From positions 868,001 through 932,000 of the forward strand of contig NIVC01000059.1 of assembly GCA_002269645.1 (NCBI GenBank): 64,000 nt of DNA, in the 5' to 3' direction. The notes below the pieces were generated by a model, which had not been told where the DNA came from, searched no databases, and worked only from the letters and a program-made list of their open reading frames with translations. Numbering within the stretch: position 1 is the first letter of the stretch; every line of letters begins with the position of its first letter. Below, one piece after another: positions 1 through 12,300 of the stretch. Origin of the DNA: Macrostomum lignano. Its lineage: Eukaryota. The translations under genes were made by a program, and so were the position numbers.

Positions 1-141
1 GGATCTCTGAATTCAGACTGCATTTCCATTCCTTCTTATTTTTTACTGCGCATTTTACCGAATTTGTGGTATTGCTGCATGCACTGTTTTTTCAGGCTCT
101 TCTGCATAGTTCTATAAAATAGGGAGAATGAAATAAGGAAG

Positions 142-702
<561 letters not shown>

Positions 703-1101
703 AAAATGCAAACAGGGCATTGGTTTAGTAAATGCAAGGTTTCCAGTCTAATGGGTCACAAAGATTCGCCCTACTGTTTAACTTAAGTTATAAAGGGAAA
801 TTTGGTGAGTTAGAAAGCAACTGCAAAACGGACAATTAACTGCAGTAGTGGTCCAACTGGCAATGGATATGAGAATAGTTTTGTGAGTTAATTATTATCG
901 CAGAGTGAAGGGTGACTATTAAAATACTATAAAATTTTAGAAGTTCATTGCTTGACTCAAGCAGGCTTCTACTTACAAGCTATTCAAGCACCTGTGCAAC
1001 GCCCTGTTTTTTTTCTATAAAAAATCAATAGTTCGAGCGCTTAATTATACGTCTAGAAGATTCTTCTTGTGGAGAAAAATTTCTGTGATTGTCTGACTTA
1101 C

Positions 1102-2104
1102 TATTCAAAAACCATATACAGAGTTCCTTCCATGCTGTACGTCTCGAGAAGTTCAACAATGTGATTGTGCTTCAACATGTGGCATATTTTTGCTTCCCGT
1201 TTCAGATCTGAAAGAAGAAAAATGATTCAGAGTTACGAGTACTTTAATTCTTATTTACAAATAAAAGAGATTCTGTATTCTGCTCAGTGATGGAACCAAC
1301 CGTCTGTAGTGATGCCGGGACTGGACGAAAATTTGGTCACATCAACAATTTTCACGGCAAATAGTCGATGCGTTTGCTTGTGCACACACTTTCTCACAAT
1401 GCTGAATGGACCCCTGTTAATAAAGTGATTGTGTTGGAGACACTAAATGGTAGGTTTTTGAAAAATAAATGACACAAGTAAAGACTGTTCTATGCTTGCA
1501 AAGAAGATTCCTGCAAATTTGGTTTTGGATCAAATAGAGACAAACAACTCATTTTTATTAATAGTAGATAGGATAGATACCATGTAGGAAACCTTAACAA
1601 TCATATAAATCACTCATTTTGTATTTTTTTAAATAGAGCAATACTATGCGTCAAGGTGAAGCAAAAAGTATTGCTAAATATTAAATCATATACACTAAAT
1701 GCTTGCAATAAATCACTTTTATAATTGTACACTGACAGACAGGTCTTATTCATTTCTATGAAGAAACTCAATTTGACAATTCTTTTGCTCTACTGCAAAG
1801 CAAAAATAAAATGCTTTCATTAATGAAGAGATTATTGATTAAGATATTTTAATTCTAAAAAATTAAAAGTGTGTGCTTCTAGACACAGATAAAACAGCGC
1901 AAAGCTACTAAATGGCCCACTTAAACTAAAAAAATATGTGCAAGCATAAGTTATAAACGCGTCATTTGGATAGCATGCACATCGTCATTTGACATTTATT
2001 GGATGAACTTACTTTCCAATTATTTCTTGCAGCTGATAAACATCATCAAATAATATATCCTGCTCTGATCCATCCTTTTCTTCCATTGTATCTTCGTCAG
2101 ACAT
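1102..2104 (-). CDS. CASK: CASK / Lin-2 / Camguk MAGUK, 5' partial (CaMK-like domain); exons 2104-2013, 1413-1301, 1207-1102; remainder lies left of the window
   Basis: Spliced translation [103 protein letters not shown] matches the recalled CASK N-terminus. GT-AG boundaries keep frame (92, 113, 106 nt). Not in the ORF track because the exons are short. Confidence 0.93.
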
Positions 2105-2623
2105 ATCTCCGATCGATTTTAGATCTATATGACGACTTTGAGGGTGACAGTCTCTAGCTCACTCAAGGGAAAACAAAATTAAATGTATGCTTTCAATTCC
2201 ATTAATTCAGTTTTTACTCATTATGTGCGTCTCTAAAACAAATACAGACGAGTCAATGTTTTTTAATGTTACATCAAGCTCAGAGTTTTAAAGGGCATTT
2301 TTTCAAAGCCAAATTGCTGGCAACAGTCACATTTGATCAGAATTTCGATAAATTAGCGTTTTCGTGTTTATTTCAGTTATCGTTTTCCCGCCAAATGCTT
2401 TAACTCAAAATAACAAATCATAAAGTTATACAAGGCTTGTATTTTTCTTCTAACGTAACGTGATGCAATACTTATGCAACTGATCTAAATTGAAATTTAA
2501 TTTACAGGTTTATGTTGTAAACGAGTTCACGATAGTATTTGAGGCAACGTACCCCGGTAACGTTTGGCCTAAACTGCAATATAGCAAACTTTCCAAAAGT
2601 TCGATCAAACGACCTAAGTCTAC

Positions 2624-2668
2624 CAAGGACGACTTAAGTAGACTTAACTACTTAACTACTCGTCCTTG
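2624..2668. mobile_element. 45-bp remnant of P-type transposon termini (CAAGGAC...GTCCTTG), probable excision footprint
   Basis: Left arm caaggacgacttaagta; right arm reverse-complements to caaggacgagtagttaagta; filler of short local repeats. No matching 8-bp TSD (aagtctac vs cctagggc). Confidence 0.55.
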
Positions 2669-3560
2669 CCTAGGGCCTACTACAGCCTACTATAATAATT
2701 ATTGTGTTGTCTTATGTAATTTCACTTAGGCCTACCTTTAATTAAACTTTCGAATGTATAAATCCCATTTGTCTACGACTGTACTGTTATGTTCGCTAGG
2801 CCTAATCGCTATCGCTAGCCTTTTAAAAGTTTTAAGAATAGGGCCCTACCCCCTACTAGGTTCAATTTAATAGCAATATGCATGCCTAGGCAATAAATAG
2901 CCTGTCTAGATCCAACAACAAGTAGGCTTTAGCTTCTACTTTACTTGGGTAGGCCTAGTCCTTGGCCTACCTAAGCATTTGAAAAAGTGGAAAAAAGGTT
3001 AGGGCCTAGGCCTAGGCCAGATGCCTTATGCTTATGCTAGGCCTAGGCCCTAGCCTAGTGCTGGTTTCAGGTGGTATTTTAGGCTAGGGCCTATGTAGGC
3101 AAGTAGCCCTAGCAGCTAGGGCTAGGGCCTAGGCATAGGCCTACCCTAGCCTAGCCTAGATCACAATATTTACAATGAGGCTAGGCCTACAACCACAAAT
3201 TAGCATAAACATTGGCTAATAGCATTGTAGACCTAGCATTAGTGCTAGAAAATAGGTCTAGAATTATAAATTGTTTAGCAATAATTCTCTATCACTAAAA
3301 TAGGGCCTACTAAGCTCTATTTTTATATAGGCCTAGGGAGCCTAGGCCTACCTACCCAACTTTAAGTTCAACCTTAATCTTAGGCCCTAGCTTAAATTTT
3401 AAAATATAGACTTTTAAGTTAAATAGAAATTACAAAATTTATTATGTCTAGGCCTATTAATTTAATACCGAATACTTTATTAATATTAGGCCTATATGTT
3501 ATAGGTTATAATGATAGGCCCCTAATGTTATAACTTGTTATAAAATATATAGGCCCAATC
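2669..3560. repeat. AT-rich low-complexity tract dense in TAGGCCTA / CCTAGG palindromes
   Basis: Dozens of aggcct/cctagg words; the same word cluster recurs at about 43560-43720 inside the P element. Confidence 0.6.
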
Positions 3561-3685
3561 AAATTTATAAATTATAAAATATTTGTAAGTCTATATTATT
3601 AATATTAAGTCGAAATTCTCCATTAGAAGAGAAAGGGGATAGAAGTTAGAAAGTAAAGACCCAAGCAAGGGAAGGCAAGAATTAC

Positions 3686-4860
3686 AATCACTTTGGTGAC
3701 AAGTCACTTCAGCAACAATCATTTCAGCAACAAGTCACTTTGGCAACAATCATTTCAGCAACATATTTGGTTTGGATCACTTCGGCGACAATTAATAACA
3801 GCTAAAAGACATATTTTTGCCAATGGAACTTTGCAATTAAAAAGGTGTTATTTATCCAGAATTATTAAAAAAGCAACACAAATTTCCAGTATTTTGTTAT
3901 AAACACTTATGATAAATACGCTAAAATACTAAATGAATTGACTTTCATTATATAATACTATAAGTATTGTTATAAATTTATTTGGCATATTGGCATATAT
4001 GAGCATATATACTATGTCACTCTATTTCAAAAATAAAGAAAGAGAAATAAACATGCATTAAAAGCAAAGATGCTACATGTAGCGTGCAAAGAAGTCTTAG
4101 CATTACAGAAGTTAAGCATATGCAAGTGCACCATAGACAGTTTATAGTCCATTCAACTTGCTGCAAGCCTCTAGAAGTGACTGAATCAATCGGTCTCCAG
4201 CTTGATACTCCAACCAAAGTTTGAAGTATTTGGACTATTGCTGGCAGTACTTCTTTCACTGCAACCACCTCAGAGCACCTTGTGATACCAACCACAATTC
4301 GATAGAGACCATGCAGCCCTTGTCATGTAGCAGCTTGACCAGGAGGTAGAACTGGAGCTGACTGCATTGAGCCCGACTGTTCAAGCAGTTGTGAAAGCCC
4401 TCAATGTCATTGTTAGTTCGAGTGGCTTTTTTGTAGACTGAGATCTCTCCTGGCGAATACATCGTGCTCTGTATCCATGTGCTCTAAAAAAAATAGAAAA
4501 ATTTTCCATAAGCATGTATATATATAAAAATGTAAGGGGAGAGAGAGAGGGAGAAGGAAAGAGAGAGAAAAGAGAAAGAGGGGGAGAGGGAGAGAAAGAG
4601 AGAAGAGAGAGAGAGAAGAGACAGACAGACAGATTGAGAAAGTACAAGTACTCTTCAAACTATACATGTAATTTACCTGGACATAGTCAAAGAGAGTGAT
4701 GAGCTGTGTAAAAATACATGTATTATAAATTTGTTCTTTAGCTATTATTAATTGTCCCCAAAGTGATTCAAATATGTCGCCGAAATGACTGTCACCAAAG
4801 TGACTTGTCGCCAAAGTGACTATTGCCAAAGTGACCTGTTGCTAAAGTGATCGGTGACCA
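3686..4860 (-). mobile_element. Mutator-like (MULE) internal-deletion derivative with about 130-bp TIRs built from cacttt(g/a)gc(a/g)aca subrepeats
   Basis: About 3686-3815 is the inverted counterpart of about 4740-4860 and encloses a transposase C-terminal exon. Exact ends and TSD uncertain (candidate degenerate aaggcaaga / aaggcagag). Confidence 0.75.
4142..4483 (-). pseudogene. Last exon of a MULE transposase, two in-frame stops
   Basis: After a ttttag acceptor: STWIQSTMYSPGEISVYKKATRTNNDIEGFHNCLN...LVSQGALRWLQ*KKYCQQ*SKYFKLWLEYQAGDRLIQSLLEACSKLNGL*. The RTNNxxEGxHN motif is typical of animal MULE transposases. Stops at 4256-4258 (TGA) and 4235-4237 (TAG). Confidence 0.75.
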
Positions 4861-5019
4861 AAGGCAGAGGAGTACTGCCTCTGGCAGGTATATGCCAGAA
4901 TAAAAATTCATATTTTTTCTATTTTACACCAATATAAAACCAATATAATTTATATAGGACCATGTATGTGCAACTGTTGGCCAACCAGGCCAATCTAGCT
5001 ATTGTAAATTGTGGTAGAC

Positions 5020-5150
5020 TAGGGGTAAGTTGCAAAAATGCTTATCAAAATATATACGCTCGTAGATATATTACTAATTATATTATAGAGCATTTAGCCT
5101 TAATAAGACAGTCATAGTTACTCCTGCCATTTACCCAAAATTGTATTAAT
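5020..5150. repeat. Old dispersed repeat; homologous (inverted) to the sequence split by the P element at 43040-43119 + 49736-49800
   Basis: Shared blocks ggtaagttgcaaaaa, atttagccttaat and tgccatttacccaaaatt. Confidence 0.65.
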
Positions 5151-6446
5151 TTTGCTTCAGGGTTTCCTTTATAGGTAAGTCACATTTTTGATCAAAAAGT
5201 AAGTGGCATGGCCAGTGTAAATCAGGGAGGTTGCACATGTACGTATAGGACCTGTCCTTGGCTTAATTAGGCCCATTAATGCCAAGGATAATCATTTAGT
5301 TCAACTTTTGATAGACATTAGGGTCTAATATTTGTTATTGAAAATCCTAATTTCTATTGATGACAGAAGTATTAGCATTAAAACATAAAGTCTTAACTTA
5401 TCAACTTTCAAGTTGGTTGAAAGTTAACTTATAATTGTTAATAAGCAATAATATATTAATGTTAATATAGAAAATACTCATACAAGAACTTTTCACCTTT
5501 GTTTTAAAAACAAATTTAAAGGCTAAAAAGTAACAAATAACAAATAAAAAGTTAAATTTTTTTGTAAATTACTTTTAAAATTATATATAAGGTAAGAAAT
5601 AACTTGTTTATTCAAAACTTGACAGCTCATGCTTATGCAGTTAAAATACTTAAGGGCCAACCCCCAAGGCACAGTGAAGTGTGCATTGCATAACAATAAA
5701 TAAAGTTAGGACCATTGTACACTCTGTTACACAATGCATAGTTGTATGTATATTCATTGCTCAGTCTAGTCTGTGGAATGGGCAATCCAATCCAATATAC
5801 TAAAAATCAAAACTATATACCTATAGGAACCTTTGCTTAACTTTCTAATATACTAAAAATTAGTTGTCTGTGTGTATGTGTGAGATAGATTTTAGAAAAA
5901 AATGGCTCAACCAATTTTCTTTAACCTTGCACCATTCAATCAGAAATTTTCCTGGGACAGTACATGCATTTTGGCTAAGAAATCACTCAATGCTAAAGGG
6001 GTCAAATATTTAAAAAACATGCTTTTTTGCAAAGGTCAAGCAGCTCTTTTGCCCTAAAATGCATTGTAAGAATGCTAGAGAAAAAACTGACTAACTGAAT
6101 TTAGATTTTGATAAAGATTGTATCATAACAAGTTGAAAACAGTGCCAAAGAAATGCACACACAACTTGATTTAAATTGCGTAACCAACATTGCTAACTTG
6201 AATTTGAGACTAATACTGGCTGACTGAGAAATCGATTATATCATAACTTTTTACTCTAACTGACTTGCTATAAGAATTGAGTTATGAGGGCCATAATTCA
6301 TGTTCTCCAATTGAAAAGAGATAGCCTAGATGCGAACAGACTGAACTGCTAATGTAGCAACCTGGGTTTTAATCTTAGTAGTGCAAAATGATATTTTTAT
6401 TAAAACACCTTAAAAACCAAAAATTTTAAATATAAAAAAGTGCAGT

Positions 6447-7560
6447 GTCAAACATAAAAGAGCCACCATGCCAAACATAAAAAGCCACCATTTTGAACAT
6501 TAATAAGCCACCATGCCAAACATAAAAGAGCCACCATGTTGAACATAAAAGAGCCACCATGTCAAACATAAAAGAGCCACCATGTCAAACATAAAAGAGC
6601 CACCATGTCAAACATAAAAGAGCCACCATGTCAAACATAAAAGAGCCACCATGTCAAACATAAAAGAGCCACCATGTCAAACATAAAAAAGACACCATTT
6701 CAAACATTAAAGAGCTACTATATCAAACATAGAAAAGCTACCATGTCAAACATAAGAGCCACCATGTCAAACATAAAATAACTACCATGTCAAACATAAA
6801 AGAACCACCACATCAAACATATACATGACTACATGTCAAACATTAAAGAGCTACCATGTCGAACATACACATGACTACATGTCAAACATTAAAGTGACCA
6901 TGTCAAACATAAAAGAGCTACCATGTCGAACATATATAGTGACTTCATATCAAACATTAAAGAGACACCATGTCATACATATATGTGACTTCATGTCAAA
7001 CGTTAAAAAGACACCATGTCAAACATAAAAGAACCACCATGTCAAACATATATGTGACTCAATGTCAAAGATATACCGGTACGTGACTCCATGTCAAACA
7101 TTAAAGAGCCACCATGTCAAACGTTAAAGAGACACCATGTCAAACACAAAAGAGCCACCATGTCAAACATAGAAGAGACACCATGTAAAACATACATGTG
7201 ACTCTATGTCAAACATTAAAGAGCCACCATGTCAAACATTAAAAAGCCACCATGTCAAACATTAAAGAACCACTATGTCAAACATATACATGACTCCATG
7301 TCAAACATTAAAGAGCTACCATGTCAAACATAGAAGAGCCACCATGTCAAACATTAAAGAGCTATCATGTCAAACACAAAAGAGCCACCATGTCAAACAT
7401 AGAAGAGACACCATGTCAAACTTAGAAGAGCCACCATGTCAACATTAAAGAGCTACCATGTCAAACATAGAAGAGACACCATGTCAAACATAGAAGAGAC
7501 ACTATGTCAAACATAGAAGAGCCACCATGTCAAACATTAAAGAGCCAACATTTCAAAAAT
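6447..7560. repeat. 23-bp minisatellite (aaacataaaagagccaccatgtc)n, diverged
   Basis: Unit spacing of 23 nt (e.g. 6561 to 6584). Confidence 0.93.
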
Positions 7561-7639
7561 AAAAAGAAGTGTCATGCCAAACAAAATGGAGCCACTATAA
7601 AGCTAAGGAAATTGTTGCACTAGCTAATTGTTCTCTGAT

Positions 7640-8282
7640 GGATGCTTGCTATTTAAGGATGGATACTTGCTATCAGGGGGATGCTTGCTATCTGAGGGAT
7701 GCTTGCTATATGGGGGATGCTTGCTACTGGGGTTGCTTGCGGTCTGGGGGATGCTTGCTATATGGGGGATGCTTGCCATCTGGGGGATGCTTGCTATCTG
7801 GGGGATGCTTGCTATCAGGGGATGCTTGCTATCTGAGGGATGCTTGCTATTGGGGGGATGCTTGCTATCTGAAGGATGCTTGCTATCAGGGGATGCTTGC
7901 TATCTGAGGGATTCTTGCTATCTGAGGGATGCTTGCTATTGGGGTAACCTGCTATTGGGAGATGCTTGCTCTTGGGGGGTGGAGGGTACTTGCTATCTGA
8001 GAGGGGGTTGCTAGATATCTATAAGGTCTCTTTGTATCCAGGTTATGCTCGCTATCTGGGGTTGCTTACTATCTGGGGGATGCTTGCTATCTGGGGGATG
8101 CTTGCCATCTAGGGGATGCTTGCTATCTGGGGGATGCTTGCTATCTGGGGGATGCTTGCTATCTGGGGTCTGGGGGATGCTTGCTATCTGGGGTTGCTTG
8201 CTATCTGGGGGATGCTTGCAGTCTGGGGGATGCTTGCTATTTGGGAATCGATGCTTGAATGCTGTATGGGAATGCTTGCTGT
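7640..8282. repeat. About 17-19-bp minisatellite (gggggatgcttgctatct)n, internal to the Helitron
   Basis: Direct reading; the reverse complement occurs at about 63390-64000. Confidence 0.93.
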
Positions 8283-8662
8283 CTTGGGATGTTTTGTTTT
8301 TAGAGGGAATGTCTGTTGTTTTTTTATGAAGGCTTTATTTCGCTGTCTTTTTGTTACTTGTAAAGAACAAAAATTCTATCCAGATGTTCCCCATAGGGGG
8401 GACGAAGATTGCTAGTACATATAATAAAAATAATGGTTACAACAAATCTGAACCCTATATGCTATATTAGCAACCAGTTATGACTTCTGTATCAATTTTC
8501 ATATTTGAGTAATCCATAAACATGGAGTCTATAAACGTGGTTTTCACATTTCAATCGTTTTTTATCACTCAAAATACTATTTGAAATGCATGCTCTAGAT
8601 AAGTCAAGGTCTGCTTATTTTAATATTTTTATTAGCTGAATTTCAATCAAAGAGACAACAGC

Positions 8663-9333
8663 ATGGCAGCGGCAGTCGCTTCAGCCAATGGCGATCAGAA
8701 ACTGTTGGAATTCGATCACATCTACCAGGAGATTCGCGGCATGATGTACCCTGGCAAGCTGCGCCTCCGCCAGGCCGATATCTACTTTAAGAATGAGAAA
8801 ACTGGCCGCATTGATCACTACAGCTCCTCGGATATTGAGCAGGTGCACTGGATCATCCGGGCCAGGGGCTTCTGCCTCAAGTTCCTGCTCGGCGACCTCA
8901 TCTACCGCTATGACGGATTTCGGGAGGCCGATTTAGATAAGCTGAGCGCCTTTGCCAGGGCCAACTGGCAGGTTGAGGTGAGGCGTCTGTGTCTGTCCTA
9001 CTGTCTGTTTGACTGTCTGTATGTCTGACTGTCTGACTGTCTGTATGTCTGACTGTCTGTCTGACTGTCTGTCTGACTGTCTGACTGTCTGTCTGTATGT
9101 CTGACTGTCTGTCTGACTGTCTGTCTGACTGTCTGACTGTCTGTCTGTATGTCTGACTGTCTGTCTGACTGTCTGTCTGACTGTCTGTCTGTATGTCTGA
9201 CTGTCTGTCTGACTGACTGTCTGTCTGACTGTCTGTCTGACTGTCTGTCTGTATGTCTGACTGTCTGTCTGACTGTCTGTCTGACTGTCTGTCTGTCTGT
9301 CTGTATGTCTGACTGTCTGTCTGACTGTCTACC

Positions 9334-9384
<51 letters not shown>

Positions 9385-12300
9385 TTTTCGTCTGTCCGTC
9401 TCTATTACTCAAGTCACTCTATCTGTGTCTATGCATCTATCTGTATATATCGATAGGTATGATCTCAAATATAAGTAAGTTGATAAACCCATTGATTTCC
9501 TGATTACTGCAAGCCATCCCACATTCCCACACACTCGTCACTCGCGCCTCCTGTGTCGCAGATCGAAAAGAAGGACCTGGCCTACAAAGGCTGGAACTGG
9601 GGCCAGTTGAACTTTGTTAAAAATGCCATGGAGCTGGAGGTGTCGGGCCACACCGCATTCGAGCTGCCGCTGAACAACGTGGCCAACGTGAGCACCGGAA
9701 AGCAGGAGGTCACACTGGAGTTCCATCAGAATGACGATGCTGAGGTTTGCGTTTGATTTCTGGGTTTTTGACATTGTGGTTGTTTTTGGGATGCTGGTGT
9801 TTTTGGTATTCGAGTTTCCTAGCTGGGATCTGGGACTTTCTAATTTGGGATCAGTGAGTTTCTAATTTGGGATCTGTGAGTTTCTAATTTGGGATCTGTG
9901 AGTTTCCAAGCTGGGATCTGTGAGTTTCCAAGCTGGGATCTGTGAGTTTCCAAGCTGGGATCTGTGAGTTTCCAAGCTGGGATCTGTGAGTTTCCAAGTT
10001 GGGATCCGTGAGTTTCCAAGTTGGGATCTGTGAGTTTGCAGGTTGGGATCTGTGAGTTTGCAGGTTGGGATCTGTGAGTTTGCAGGTTGGGATCTGTGAG
10101 TTTGCAGGTTGGGATCTGTGAGTTTACAAGTTGGGATCTGTGAGTTTCCAAGTTGGGATCCGTGAAGTTTGCAAGTTGGGATCCGTGAAGTTTGCAAGTT
10201 GGGATCTGTGAGTTTCCAAGTTGGGATCCTTGAAGTTTCCAAGTTGGGATCTGTGAGTTTCCAAGCTGTGATCAGTGGGGTTCTAATTTGGGATCTGTGA
10301 AATAGTTGTGTTTTCAGGCACCCGTTCGCAGGATAGTTCCAATTTCTTCAGGGATAGAGATTGACCCCCAGACGGCCCCTGTCCCCGCCCCCGCAGGTGT
10401 GCCTAATGGAGATGCGCTTCCACATTGGCGAGCGCAGCGAACTGCAGTGCGAGGAGGTGGCCAAGCGAGTCATGGACAAGGCGGACATCATCCAGCTCAC
10501 CGGAGATGCGCTCTGCGAATTCAAGGAGCTCTACTGCGTGCAACCGCGCGGCCGTTACGACTTCCGCTTCTATCCAACTTTCCTGCACATGCACGGCAAA
10601 ACCTTTGATTATAAAATACCAATCAGCACCATCTATCGGATGTTTGTCCTGCCGCACGCTGACGGCCGGCAGAACTTCCTGGTGCTGGGCCTGGAGCCGC
10701 CCATTAAGCACGGCCAGACCCGCTATCACTTTCTCATACTGCTGTTCGATGTTGAAATTGAGACGTCTGTGGAATTGCGCTGCTCCGACGAGGAACTGCA
10801 GGCTAAATATGGTGGCAAACTGCAGAAGGAGATGTCGGGCAAAGAGTTTGAGGTGAGTAGCTTAACTATCATACTTCGGTAACCAATTAAAAAATCGATA
10901 TCTGGTTATCAGTCATCGATATTTAATTATCATAGATCGATATCTGGTTATCAGTAATCGATATTTAATTATCATAGATCGATATCTGGTTATCAGTAAT
11001 CGATATTTAATTATCATAGATCGATATCTGGTTATCAGTAATCGATATTTAATTATCATAGATCGATATCTGGTTATCAGTAATCGATATTTAATTATCA
11101 TAAATCGATATCTGGTTATCAGTAATCGATATTTAATTATCATAAATTGATATCTGGTTATGAGTAATCGATATTTACTTATAAAAAATCGATATCTATT
11201 CCTCTAAAGTCGGTAGTTGATTAATTATAGTTGATTAATAGTTGATTATTAATAGTTGATTAATAGTTGATTAATTATAGTTGATTATTTATAGTTGATT
11301 AATAGTTGATTAATTATAGTTGATTAATAGTTGAATATTTATAGTTGATTAATAGTTGATTAATTATAGTTGATTAATAGTTGATTATTAATAGTTGATT
11401 AATAGTTGATTAATTATAGTTGATTATTTATAGTTGATTAATAGTTGATTAATTATAGTTGATTAATAGTTGATTATTAATAGTTGATTAATAGTTGATT
11501 AATTATAGTTGATTATTTATAGTTGATTAATAGTTGATTAATTATAGTTGATTAATAGTTGATTAATTATAGTTGATTAATAGTTGATTATTAATAGTTG
11601 ATTAATAGTTGATTAATTATAGTTGATTATTTATAGTTGATTAATAGTTGATTAATTATAGTTGATTAATAGTTGAATATTTATAGTTGATTAATAGTTG
11701 ATTAATTATAGTTGATTAATAGTTAATTATTTATAGTTGATTAATAGTTGATTAATTATAGTTGATTAATAGTTGATTAATTATAGTTGATTAATAGTTG
11801 ATTATTTATAGTTGATTAATAGTTGATTAATTATAGTTAATTAATAGTTGATTAATTATAGTTGATTAATAGTTGATTATTTATAGTTGATTAATAGTTG
11901 ATTATTTATAGTTGATTAATAGTTGATTAATTATAGTTGATTAATAGTTGATTATTTATAGTTGATTAATAGTTGATTATTTATAGTTGATTAATAGTTG
12001 ATTAATTATAGTTGATTAATAGTTGATTAATTATAGTTGATTAATAGTTGATTATTTATAGTTGATTAATAGTTGATTATTTATAGTTGATTAATAGTTG
12101 ATTAATTATAGTTGATTAATAGTTGATTAATTATAGTTGATTAATAGTTGATTAATTATAGTTGATTAATAGTTGATTAATTATAGTTGATTAATAGTTG
12201 ATTATTTATAGTTGATTAATAGTTGATTATTTCAATTAGGCATTAAAAGTAAATACCAAATTCAGTGAGGACCACACGCACAAACTGCACTACTAATGAG

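Larger units (their letters stand above)
5791..8415 (+). mobile_element. Non-autonomous Helitron-like element carrying two minisatellite arrays
   Basis: 3' end: cccc-ata-gggg hairpin about 11 nt before CTAG (8412-8415), followed by T. Putative 5' end A|TCCAATATACTAAAA at 5791 (alternative 5844), followed by a short GT/GTCT tract. The 3' region is homologous to 63248-64000. The 5' boundary is less certain than the 3'. Confidence 0.7.
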
